A DNA stretch of 64,000 bases from Macrostomum lignano (taxonomy: Eukaryota): contig NIVC01000620.1 in assembly GCA_002269645.1 (NCBI GenBank), positions 434,001 to 498,000 on the forward strand, given 5' to 3'. Below, in pieces: positions 28,085 to 40,316 of this stretch; position 1 is the stretch's first letter, and each line of letters opens with the position of its first letter. Below the pieces are notes generated by a model. That model was not told where the DNA came from. It did no database searches and worked only from the letters and a program-made list of their open reading frames with translations. The translations under genes were made by a program, and so were the position numbers.

Positions 28085-28384
28085 CACCAGCTTAAGTTAT
28101 TAGTCAAATACAAACGAAGCCCCTACCCTCTATCAAATCAATTCGATATCTTCTTCAGTGTTTCAAGCTTGTATAAGCCAGCCAAATATTCGGTTAATTG
28201 ACTCAGAAACCGGATCTCCTCAGTTTTATTTAACCAGGCTTAACGGCTGGGAAACCATGTGCCAGTTGAAATCTAATACACACCTTGTCAACATCCTACT
28301 GAATATAAATCTACCAAAAAGTGTCGATTTTCGAATCGTCTCTAATTCTCGTCCATTGACAGATCCTTGAAAGTTCCATGGAAA

Positions 28385-29166
28385 ATGGTTTGTACTTTTG
28401 TTTTCGCATTCTTGCTGTTGCACAGCTCAACTGCCATAAAGCTCATCGGTGTTACCTACATCGGTTGCTTCAAGGACGAATTTAGGAGTAGCAGAGACCT
28501 GGATGGTCTAAGAGGACTGCTTTCGGTTGATAAATACCCAGTGCGCACTTTTGGTGCAGTGACGACGGAAAAAAATTCGCCAAAGTTTTGCACTCAAATC
28601 TGCTCAAGCATCGGATTCAAGTTTTTCGGATTGCAGAATACAGACGAGTGTTTCTGTGGAAACTACTTTGGGAGATATGGGCGGGAGCCGCAGCACAAGT
28701 GTAATCACAGATGTCCGGGCAATGCGACCGAAATCTGCGGCGGTAATCTTCGAAATTCCGTGTACCGCTTGAGCTATCAATTCGGTGAGTTTCCTATTCT
28801 GAAGCTTCTGGGTCACTAGTCGCCCCGAAGGCTTCCTATAAAAGAATGTATGCGTACCTTTTAACGTGTCGAATATGATCCAAACCTACAAAAACTTTGA
28901 CAGAATCTACAGGCATCAATCAGTTTGTTAAGCAACTCGACAACCGTGTCGATGAGCCGAAAAAACTTTTGTCCGAAGACCTGCTGCTACTTGCCGAGCG
29001 AACTGTCAGTGCTCATCGCCTGCTGCAGTGTGCCGCTAAGTGCTCAATTGTTGGCTGTCAAGTTGTAGTTTTTTCTGAGAAACAACGACGTTGCGGACTG
29101 TTTTGGAATGTTCAGGTTGTTAAAGATCGACGTTTGGTTGATTTAGAAGTCTTTGTTCGTGGCTAA
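28385..29166 (+). CDS. Secreted WSC-domain + PAN/Apple-like domain protein A (220 aa)
   Basis: Exons 28385-28784 and 28904-29166 (phase 1). Signal-like MVCTFVFAFLLLHSSTA. WSC pattern YIGCFKD..FCTQIC..FFGLQNTDECFCGN..CNHRCPGNATEICGG..NSVY. The second exon has LLQCAAKC..GCQVVVF..RCGL. The PAN/Apple call rests on Cys spacing only. Confidence 0.85.
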
Positions 29167-29845
29167 AGACTAACTGAAACCTGCAATCGTTCCCTGGGAG
29201 TGTTAATTTAGCAAGCATTTACTGGTATACTAGCTGCTATTCAAAATATTCGCATTGCATCATGTGAAGTATTTCACCCATGGAGAAATAAATATATCTC
29301 GATTCCCAGCAGTTTGAAATGAGTTGAGAAGAAAGTTGCAAAATATTGACGTTTTTAAGCTCTTTGAGACAGAAATTCACGAAGCTTTTAATTTTTTTTC
29401 ACGGTTGCACCTACCTAGATTCTCTATACATTACCTGTATGGCATACATCAGTGAGTTTCTTGTAAAAGCCCGCAAACATCAGCAGCATCCCCCATATAC
29501 TTTTGGCAGTAAAAATTTGCTTGACTTCAAAGTTTCGATCGATTCAGCCTAAACTGAGCGACAAAATTCAGTCGATATTGGTGTGTGGACTCAGCAATGA
29601 AACTGTATTCCTTGCGTAGAAAACTTTTAGGATCTTTTTCTAACTTCCTTTTCGACATCCTTTTGTATGCCAATCGAAGGAAGCTGTGACTACGGTGCAA
29701 CACCTAGTAAATAGTGAGAATATGGATAAACAGACGCATTGCGACAGATTTGGGCGAGTTTGAAAGGGAAGGCATATCAAAATACTAGCTGTATGCAGAG
29801 TTTCTTCTCAAGCTGGTATTCAGTTTAATCGTCCCAGAGTTAGGC

Positions 29846-30554
29846 ATGCTTCGCCATCTCTTTTTCTTGCTTTTTTGTCAATGCTTAGCCGCTAAGAAGC
29901 TCACTGGTTTCGACTACATCGGCTGTTTCAAAGACAAAGACAACCGCGACATGCCAGGACTCGAAGGCATGCCTCCAATTGAGGGCCACAGCGTTGTCGG
30001 TACCTCAATTAGTAATGCCACCCAGAACTCGCACGAATTCTGCAGCCATATTTGCTCTCTGTTCAACTTTCGCTACTTTGCTGTACAGTTTGGCAAGCAG
30101 TGCTTCTGCGACAACTCCTATGGAGGAATGGGAGCAGGTCTGGAGAGCGAATGTAGCTTTGGTTGTCCTGGCAATTCGAACCAGAAATGCGGAGGATTTG
30201 ATCGAAACTCTGTTTTCAAGCTGAACTATGCTAGTGAGTAAAGCATTTCTGCATTGATACACTTTTGATACACTTTCTAAAGATCCTAACCATTGCATTA
30301 CAGACGTGGACGAATATTTTCAAGGGCAGATTAATCGCAACTCGACTCTGAGCTACGTTACGAGCCCTGACGCACCTGCCGATCGTACTTTTATCGCTCG
30401 AAGTTTGCTGCAGTGCGCCTCGAAATGCTCTTCGACTGCTGGTTGCCAAGCGGTAATTTTCACCAAGCAAAGAAAGCTGTGCCGCCTGCTTGGAGCTGCG
30501 GAAGGTCTGCCTACATTGGTTGGAACCGACGAACTGGTGTTTATTCGTGGCTGA
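29846..30554 (+). CDS. Secreted WSC-domain + PAN/Apple-like domain protein B (212 aa)
   Basis: Exons 29846-30233 and 30304-30554 (phase 1). Signal-like MLRHLFFLLFCQCLA. Motifs YIGCFKD..FCSHIC..YFAVQFGKQCFCDN..CSFGCPGNSNQKCGG..NSVF and LLQCASKC..GCQAVIF..LCRL. It ends VFIRG, like paralog A (VFVRG). Confidence 0.87.
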
Positions 30555-31159
30555 ATGGATCGAAAAGTGGTCAAGAACTTTGATGTCAACGAAAAAATTT
30601 AGAACCAAAAAAAAAAAATAAAACATTTTCGATCTGCTAAAGGACTCAAGGATTAGCTTGCATTCGCAATTGACACCAGACTTAACCTGCTCTTTGTCAT
30701 TTTATTAAGCTGTTATAATCAATTACAATACCGTAGTTACCGTAATTCTCCAGGTAAGTGTTAGCACACCAATAACCTTTCTTAACTAGTAGTTGTTCAA
30801 AGGTCGTGTCAGCACCCATACATTTTTATTTGCTGAGAACGAAGCTGATATGAGAAAGTGTTTTCATAGGTGCAGAGAGATAGAGAAGCGCAGTGGACAC
30901 CATACGCTGTGAGAATATTTATCTAATTTAATTTCCTATTTCACAGTTTGATATGCCTTGGCCAGCAATGGTGAGCACCCTCTTGACAGCTTTAATAACC
31001 CGAGCTTTCACTTTTTCGATTCAATATTTTTAGAGGTGAAAAATGACCATATAAATATGGCCTTTTAATAAAAGGCTCAAATTTTGTTATTATGTCACTA
31101 AAATGCCTTTTAATGCATATAAATATGGCCTTTTAATGCAAGGCTCAAATTTTGTTATT

Positions 31160-32282
31160 ATGTCACTAAAATGTCAAAAATTTACTCGGCGAGACAGAAC
31201 TTTTACCACTTTACTTTTGGCTGCATGGCTGTTCGGCATGGCCCTGTATGGGCTGGCCTACAAAACGGCGACTGCAGGTGAGTCAAAACTTGTCCTTTTT
31301 CAAGGAGATCTCAACTTGAGCACCAGCACGAAGTAAAGCTCAGATTTTGTGCTGCTAGTGGACTTAGGAGTTTGAAGTTTAAAGCAACCAATAATTTTCG
31401 ATATGTGCAGATTTCTGGATGTTTGACAGAGATTTTGTTAGAACTTTAGAATCCATTCTAGAGTTTTAAGTTGGTATAAAATCCCCATTTTGAGCCTAGG
31501 AATGCAGGAGCCTTGATTTTCGGCTTTTTCGGGTCAAATTAGTCCGACAAGTTGTCGATTGAACATCTGTTGCAATTCTAAATAAAATATTCGATTATCT
31601 CTTGTTGATTAATATTTGAAAATATCGGTCTCGTGTTGCAATGAAGGCGGAATTCTACATGTAAATGTCAGCTATACATTCAGAGGCAGAATGTGCTTTT
31701 TATGTTAAAAAAATCCAGCTCATAGGTGTTAAATGCTTCCTTCGCCTTTGCAAGCAATTCTTATCTAAACCGAGTCATTTTTATAAGTTCAGAATGTAAA
31801 CAGCATTAAATAGCTCTGCCTTTAATAGCAGCTGATGCCTCAAGGTACGGTAGAATGCTAGATTACAGGTGTAAATGTACATTACTGTCTACAGCACAAG
31901 AGAAGAAAGAATCAATTAAACTGGATTGACAGTAGTCTAGGTGATGTCGGTAACTTGAAAAGGTTTTCCACCAACCATGACTACCATTTGATCTTCCACC
32001 AGGTTTAACGTCCCAAGGTGACAATCCGTCCGACTTTAACTTTGGAACCAGTGTCGATGAAAGCAGTTCGCACCTGCGACACCTACTGTTTGTTCATGTT
32101 CACAGCAATTGTACGCCTCGATCAGTGGAGACTTACCCACCTGACCTGTTCACTCTGGAGCAGAAACAGCACGGAGCAATTATTATTCATATTGCAGTTG
32201 CCGTGTGGCTGTTTGCCGCTTTGGCTGTGATCTGCAATGACTACTTTCTGGCTTCAATGGAGGTGCTTTGCGATGGTAAGTG

Positions 32283-32326
<44 letters not shown>

Positions 32327-32363
32327 GCTACTACTACTACTACTGCTACTACTACTACTACTG

Positions 32364-32425
<62 letters not shown>

Positions 32426-32468
32426 GCTACTACTACTACTACTACTGCTACTACTACTACTACTACTG

Positions 32469-32546
<78 letters not shown>

Positions 32547-32547
32547 T

Positions 32548-32597
<50 letters not shown>

Positions 32598-32608
32598 TTA
32601 CTACAACA

Positions 32609-32681
<73 letters not shown>

Positions 32682-32684
32682 TTG

Positions 32685-32725
<41 letters not shown>

Positions 32726-32728
32726 GCG

Positions 32729-32792
<64 letters not shown>

Positions 32793-32793
32793 T

Positions 32794-32859
<66 letters not shown>

Positions 32860-32886
32860 CACTACTACTACTACTACTACTACTAT

Positions 32887-32973
<87 letters not shown>

Positions 32974-35900
32974 CACTACTTATGTACTTTGTAACACTTT
33001 CAGTTCTGCACCTGAAGCCGGACGTCGCAGGCGCCACCTTCATGGCCGGCAGCAGCTCAGCTCCGGAGCTGCTCACCTCAATAATCGGCGTGTTCTTCGC
33101 CGAGAGCGACGTCGGTGTGAGCACGATCGTTGGCAGCGCCGTGTTCAACATCCTCATGATTGTGAGCATGTGCGGCCTGTTGTCCTCCAGGCTGGTCTGC
33201 CTGTCCTGGTGGCCGCTATTCAGAGACTGCAGCTTCTACTGCGTCAGCGTTGTCGCGTTGGTCGCGGTCATCTACGACGGTTTGGTGACTTGGTGAGCGG
33301 TTGTCACTCTGTTAAGCCATTGTATTAGCTGAGAATGTAGAACCAGGTAAGCGAGGTCTCAAGGTATAAGAATTTTTTATTCCTTATAAGTCGCAGCAAC
33401 TAAAATCGTTAAAAATAATAACGAATCACCTCTAAAAGGCACAGGGTAGAGTGTTCAGGTTGAAAAGCTACGTGACCAATTAGATAGAATCAAGGACAAC
33501 TTAAGTAGAAGGACGCAACACTCAAAATATACGAGTATATGGTAAATGTTTTGAAGGCAACTTTTCGCCGAAAAATACACTACAGAGATAGGAGATTTTT
33601 TAATTTTTTCAGCACAAAAGTTGTTATTGCTTTTGATAAGAGAAAGACTCAGTGCTCATCTTTTGATATGTTGTGCCTTCCTTATTGCTCTATTGAAATT
33701 CATAAAGCTTCTTGTTCAGAAAATTAGGATTTCGAGTTTAGCGTCCTATATATATGTTACTTAAGTAGTCCTTTGGATAGAATACGATAGAAAACTCAAG
33801 GATGAAGGCGCAACCCAGGGGGGCCGTAGCCCAGCGGTAGCGCAGCTGCTCTGGTGTGCCAGCGACCCAGGCTCGATTCCAAGTGCAGTCACATTAATTT
33901 TGGGCTGAATTGGAATCTCGGCTTGGCTCTGCTCGTGCAATTAACGGCCTTGAGAGCCAACCCCTCAAGGCGCAGTGATGTGTACATGCCCTGTACACTT
34001 GAAATAAAGTTAGGGCCGCTGTACACTCCTGTGTGAGTGTGTGCCTGCGTACGTATCCGCGCGCTTGTGTGCCTGCTCAGGGGAGTCGGCGGAATGGGCA
34101 GTAATGCCTCTCGCCGGTTGTGTGCCCATGTCGCTTAAAGTGCGCCAGGGTACCCCCCTGCCTCTAATAATAAAAAAGGCGCAACCCAACTTACACGCAG
34201 ACTTTACACTACTAAGTCAGTAGTATCATTCATATAAGTCTACAGACTACACTTTGTGTTACTGTAGTTTTCAGTAGTTTTCAGTTCCTTTGTAATTGTC
34301 TAAGAAACCAAGTTTCCCATCCTTCCACTTCAATTTAATGTCAATTTAATTCTATTGTAAACTTCAGGTTCGAGTCCGTAATCCTGGTAGGCATGTACAT
34401 CATGTACATAGTGTTGATGTTCTTCAATGATCGCCTGGACAGCGCAATATCAAGCCGGTATCCCAGCCTGGGCACCGGGGCAGCCTACAAGCTCTATGGA
34501 AAAACTGACGCCATCGACAATGAGAGGGAGGTGTTGCTCAGCCAGTCTGGCGAATCGCCGAGAGGATATGCCAGCATTGACTTGCCTCTGGTTTCAGTCA
34601 CTGGTAAATGCAAACATTTTTATGTGACCAGATATAGAGCATTAGCTAATGTCTGCGGGCCAGGTGAGGAGAGGAGAGAGGATAGGAGATGAGATATGAG
34701 ATGAGAGTAGAGGTAAAAGAGAGAGAATATATGAAGAAGAGGAGAGAGAAGGGGGGAAAGGGAGAAAAATAGAAAAGGGAGAGGATCGAGAGAAGGGGGA
34801 GAGAGGATCGAGAGAAGGGGGAGAGAGGATCGAGAGAAGGGGGAGAGAGGATCGAGAGAAGGGGGAGAGAGGATCGAGAGAAGGGGAGAAAGGATCGAGA
34901 GAAGAGGGTTGAGAGAGGATCGAGAGAAGAGGGTTGAGAGAGGATCGAGAGAAGAGGGGGGAGAGAGGATCGAGAGAAGAGGGGGATAGAGGATCGAGAG
35001 TAGAGGGGCAGAGAGGATTGAGAGAAGAGGGGAGAGAGAGGATCGAGAGAAGAGGGGGAGAGAGGATCGAGAGAAGAGGGGGAGAGAGGATCAAGAGAAG
35101 AGGGGGAGAGAGGATCGAGAGAAGAGGGGGAGAGAGGATCGAGAGAAGAGGGGGAGAGAGGATCGAGAGAAGAGGGGGAGAGAAGATCGAGAGAAGAGGG
35201 GGGATCGAGACAAGAGGGGGAGAGAGGATCAAGAGAAGAGGGGAGAGAGGATCGAGAGAAGAGGGGAGAGAGGATCAAGAGAAGAGGGGGAGAGAGGATC
35301 GAGAGAAGAGGGGGAGAGAGGATCGAGAGAAGAGGGGGAGAGAGGATCGAGAGAAGAGTGGGAGAGAGGATCAAGAGAAGAGGGGGAGAGAGGATCGAGA
35401 GAAGAGGGGGAGAGAGGATCGAGAGAAGAGGGGGGAGAGAGGATCGAGAGAAGAGGGGGAGAGAGGATCGAGAGAAGAGTGGGAGAGAGGATCGAGAGAA
35501 GAGGGGGGAGAGAGGATCGAGAGAAGAGGGGGAGAGAGGATCGAGAGAAGAGGGGGAGAGAGGATCGAGAGAAAAGGGGGAGAGAGGATCGAGAGAAGAG
35601 GGGGAGAGAGGATCGAGAGAAGAGCTGGGAGAAAATAGGTAATAAAATTGAGAAGAGATCCTGGATTGCTATTGCGAATTTGAAGTTAATAACTACGGGG
35701 GTATTTTTGATAAAAGTCCCTCATTCAGAGACGGAAACTTTCTTTCTTTACATTCGTCAAAGCCCCAGAAGACCAGGGTCCAGAGTCGCCATTTCTGATG
35801 CCTCAGGGCTTTCTCCGCCGAACCAGCTGGATCTGCATGCTGCCGTGGACCTGCGCATTCTTTGTCAGCATTCCCGACTGTCGAAGACCGGGCATTTGGA

Positions 35901-37080
35901 GGCGCCTGTTCCCGCTGACTCTGGTCTCTAGCGTGGCCTGGATATCCGGGATAAGCTATCTCATGGTGTGGATGGTCTGCGCTGCGGGCGACGCACTGGG
36001 CATCCCGGACACAGTGATGGGGCTCACTCTGCTGGCCGCCGGCACCTCTGTGCCTGACTGCATGGCCGCTGTCTTTGTCTCTAAAGGAGGTGTGCAAAAA
36101 CTTTTGATTGGAGAGTGGGGCTACTACGAGTATTACGAATAGCTATAGACACAAACACACACACACAAGCACACACACTGTCCCTTGAAGGCTGGGACTC
36201 TGAGCAGATATTATTTAACTTCAAACTTAAACCAATTTGCGTGCAAAAAGCCCTATAGGATACTGCATCTGCAACTGGGAGGTATCTACAAAACCCATTA
36301 AACAATGAGACAGTTTGTGACTAGACATGCCAATGCTTTGACCCCCCGCGCCCCAGATTGTGACTCGTTGTGGAAATCAATATTTATGCTTCAGGGCGCC
36401 AAAATATAGCGCTATCGGCACCAAAATGAATCTCAAAATAAATGCTTGCCTGCGGCGCCAAAATGAGTGCCTGTCATTTCGTGCCTGTCTGTGGCGCCAA
36501 AGTGAGTGCCTGCGGCGCCAAAATGAGTGCCTGCGGCACTAAAAGAATGCCAAATGCTTTGATTCCCAAAACGTTGTAGAGTTTTTTATTTTGTCCCCCC
36601 ATATAAAAAATCCATGCCGACATCCCGGTTGGCCAGAATGCAGAGGTGTAGCAAAGGAATTCCAGGGCTTTTCGAGGAAGTTCAGTCGCCCAACGAACAA
36701 CGATGCAAATCAATAAATATTGAAACTTCTCGTTCAACTTTGCAGGACTGGGCGATATGGCGGTATGCAACAGCATTGGCAGCAATGTGTTCAACATCCT
36801 CATCTGCTTAGGCCTGCCCTGGTTAATCAGCACCGTCATTATCGAGCCTGGAAGCTCAGTTATCATCAATTCGTCTGGTCTAACGTATTCTTCCATCACC
36901 CTGTTCTCCACAATAGTATTCCTGTTCATCATTGTCTATTATAACAAAATGCAATTGAACTTTCGTCTGGGACTTACCTGCCTCATTGTTTACCTAGTAG
37001 TGACGACATTGTCGTGCTTGTACGAGACTAACGTGTTTGGACCATTGAATCCGCCGCCGTGTCCCAGGACGCGGATGTGA
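31160..37080 (+). CDS. SLC24A: Na+/Ca2+(-K+) exchanger (NCKX/SLC24 family), paralog 2
   Basis: Exons 31160-31277, 32003-32275, 33004-33292, 34368-34603, 35763-36089, 36746-37080 (525 aa; phases 1,1,2,1,1, the same as paralog 1; exons 3 and 6 have identical lengths, 289 and 335 nt). Motifs: YPPDLFT, DVAGATFMAGSSSAPE, GSAVFNI, AAGTSVPD, GLGDMAVCNSIGSNVFNI. The start exon is least certain. Confidence 0.93.
32283..32980 (+). repeat. (CTA)n trinucleotide microsatellite, about 230 units, filling NCKX-2 intron 2
   Basis: Direct reading. It is the source of the poly-Y/T/L/S/V ORFs. Confidence 0.98.
33818..34175 (+). mobile_element. tRNA-headed SINE, copy 2, full length with target-site duplication
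   Basis: A box TAGCCCAGCGG (33827), B-box-like GGCTCGATTCC (33870), tail TAATAATAAAAA. Flanked by AAGGCGCAACCCA at 33805-33817 and 34176-34188. Confidence 0.9.
34775..35625 (+). repeat. Purine-rich 22-25-bp minisatellite, NCKX-2 intron 4
   Basis: Unit GAAGAGGGGGAGAGAGGATCGAGA and length variants. Confidence 0.95.
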
Positions 37081-38457
37081 AATATTCAACTTCCATAGCT
37101 TTTTCAAGTATAGTCTCAATGTTTTTCCTAATTGCTTGGGGAGTAAGATTTTGAATATTTGGAAGAGCTTAACAGTTCGTTATGAAATACATTATTAATT
37201 TTCATAATATCTATTTTTTATATTCCATTGAAGTACCTTGATGAGTCATTTAATTCAACTACAAATTTAATTTAAAATGTTCTTTTTGTCCTTTCAAAAG
37301 ACGCAACATTCATTCACTTCAGATAAAAGTGCTTATTTACCCATATAGTGCGGCACACTGCCTGATTTGCCTCACTACTTCAAAAGTCCATATTTACTAT
37401 TCAAAAAGCCGCCAATATTGCCCCATTCAGTGCAACTTCCGGCTCTGGAGACTTTAGAAATTTTTCTAAGGAATGGCTAAGGTGGTTAGATGGCATGGAC
37501 TACCACTCTGCAAAGGGCTTCTATTTTATACGCTTTTATTCATAAAATCTTAGAACTTTTATAGAGTTGTCAACTGAGCAATTTTTAGGTCTCTTGCGTC
37601 AAACAATATAGATGGACTGTCCTTCTGAATTTTCTGTAGACCCCAACTCGTCCCTAAATCTTCACTCTCTCTCGGCATGCTCTCCAGTCCTGAGCTTGAC
37701 ACATCTCTTCTCAAAGCTTGTAAATAAGCAAACTTCGAGCACGCATGAGTCCTTAGACGCTCACTTTTCTGCCAGAGTAATCAGACAGCTGTACTTGGCC
37801 TTTTTCATTTTCTTACTAAAACTTGGGGTCTCCTTATGATCTCTCTCTCCCTTTCTGTGCTCTCATTTGGAGCAGAAAAGAAGTGACTGACTACAGGCTT
37901 GCTGCTCGGGCAGGAAATAGCAGCAAGGAGAGGGAGGGAGGGAGAGAGCGTGTGTGCCAGATTGTGTGCACCGCTCGTTGCCATAGCAACAGCGGAGAGG
38001 TGCGCGCATGCAGGCTCTCAGCACAGCAGCAAGCAGTTTTAGATATGATTAAAGACTTTCGTGTCTCTTCTGGTCTGTGAGCGAGACCGCACTGAAATTC
38101 AATTGGCACTACTGGGTCTTCACACTGTATAGCCCAGTGTTCCATGCTCATTCTCTCACTGGCTGCTCACTGGCACACATCAACCCCACCCAGCTGGGGG
38201 CCCCGATTCCATTTGCTCTTTTTTTGCCTCAGCTATTCGTTTTGTGCAAGCAGAGCATGAGCACAAAGCATTAGAACTCTCTGTTGATTCTGGAGAGAGT
38301 TTTCTTCACAAAGAAAAGACGCCCCTAAGTGAATATATATATGATGCGCTGCTTGTAAAAATAGCCATCAAAACTGGAGAGAGAGAGCATCGACTGCACT
38401 AAAACAGACAACGGCCGAAACTGAAAGAAACTTCCGATAGCAGCTGAAAAGTTTGAA

Positions 38458-40316
38458 ATGAAGCGGAACATTGAACGGACGGCGACTCCGCCAGACAGAC
38501 AAGCGACATACGAAGCCGACCGGGTCGCTGAAGATGACAGCACTCAGCAGCAGCAGGAGCAGCAAGCAAAGAATCCAGGAGCTGTACAAAGACCGCGAAC
38601 CGCCCTTGAGGTTGCTCGGTCCAGCGGCATGTTCAAGGACTACTTAGCTGGATTAGACAACCTCCGCTCGATAGTAAACGATTGCGAGAACCGTCTCGCC
38701 CAGGCTTTGAACGAGTTCTACGGCACAACGGAAAAAGACGAGCAGATGTTCAACGCATTTAACATCGAGGTCAACAAAGCGTTCGAAGCGTGCAACTCCT
38801 GCCTGGACAAGGCCGGCCATCAGGCTATCATTGTTGATGGCCAAGCCCCGATTGCTACGCTGGTGAACAAGCTGAAGGAATACCGATTGGCCGCTAATCC
38901 GGAGGACACTCAACTGCTGCTACAGTTTTGGGAGTCGTTCAAGCTGGCTCTGGAGCAGCTGCAGACCATCGCGGATGACTACGAGCGTCGAGTGCTGTCA
39001 AAACTGCGCACAGGGTGCCTGATTGCCTCGAGCGGCGCAATGGCGACCGCCAAATCGCCGCTGTCGAAGGCCTACGAAGCCGAGGCCGCCGCCTACTCCA
39101 AGGAGCTGGAGACCGTCCGCACGAGAGTCCGACTGCTCTGCCACAGCGCCGGCACCCACATGCGAATGGAGCTGCTAGGCAAAGCCTCTCACACCGAGAG
39201 AGTCCTCATCAACTGTAACGACGACTTCTATCCGATCCTGTGCGTAGTGCCTGACCTGACGGTCAAGCTGGAGTCCATGGCCCGCATCGCCTACCAGTGG
39301 CTGGACAAAGACGAGACCTACTTGTTTGAGGTGTCCCGCCAACTGCGCGATAAACGAAGCGAAACACGCGAGATGGAACAGCAACTCAGAGCTGAGCGCG
39401 AGAAACACCGACTGCTACTGAAGTCAGTGAAGTCAGCTTACCTGATGTGTCAAAACAGCAAGAAGAGACTTCGAGAAATCACGCAAGAGCTGAAAAACCT
39501 CGAGGAGCATATTGAGCACTCGGCTCGGGAACGGCGGGCCAAGATGGACGAGAAAAAGCAGAAGAAGGAGATGGCCGACTTTTTAGACTTGAGCATCACT
39601 CAGACTAAAATGAATTACGCGCTCCAGGTGAGTTCTTTCGTTGATTAGACAGATGCTTTGATCGTGCTAACGAAGTGAAGTCAAATGCGGGTAAAAACAG
39701 ACCACAATTACTTTTAACTTTTTTGGGTAGCGTATTGGCTGGCTATCCAGATCCCTATGCCACACGAGCTGGTAATCAAAGTGATGTACTCTAATACTCT
39801 GTATGCACATACTCCATCAGACAAAGTGTTATTTCTTACTGATGATATTTTTCGTAATTTTCATTGATAAACAAGTTTGTTGCACTCGTAATGGGCTAAA
39901 ACATCCCATTTCCCATCTACCAGCTCAAACGCCAGCGTCTGATGGCCCAGATTCAGGAACTGGAGGAGTTCCTGCGCAAAGTTGAGCAGGAAATCAGCTC
40001 GCTCAAGACCCAGATTCAAACAAAGACTAATGAGAGAAAGTCTGCCGAAGACCTGTACCAAGCGCAGGACAGCAACTTCGCGAATATGAAGACCGACTTA
40101 GAAGGCTACACTAAAAAAGTACAAGAGATGAGCAACGAACTCCGCGGCGTCCGCCAGCATCTCAGTCATCTGGAGAGCATCCAGAGCCTCAAAACCAGTC
40201 CGGAGACTGTGGACACTTTCTACGAAAGGCCTCGCAGCGTGAAGCTGGCGCCGTCGCTCATGGAGTCGATCAACATGAAAAAACGACGTCTCCTGAAGCA
40301 GTCAGTTAAAAGTTGA
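38458..40316 (+). CDS. Uncharacterised coiled-coil protein (520 aa, 2 exons)
   Basis: Exons 38458-39627 (donor CAG|GTGAG) and 39924-40316 (acceptor CTACCAG), phase 0. Non-repetitive, coding-like codon use, long E/K/Q/L heptad-rich C-terminal half. I do not recognise the family. Confidence 0.85.

Noticed and set aside
33821-33895. tRNA gene
   Set aside because: Pol III boxes are present, but there is no convincing cloverleaf or anticodon arm, and the sequence continues into a repeated body with a tail and target duplication, so it is a SINE head.
36400-36540. Repeated GCCTGCGGCGCCAAAATGAGT blocks
   Set aside because: Probably subterminal repeats of a DNA transposon fragment, but no termini could be defined.
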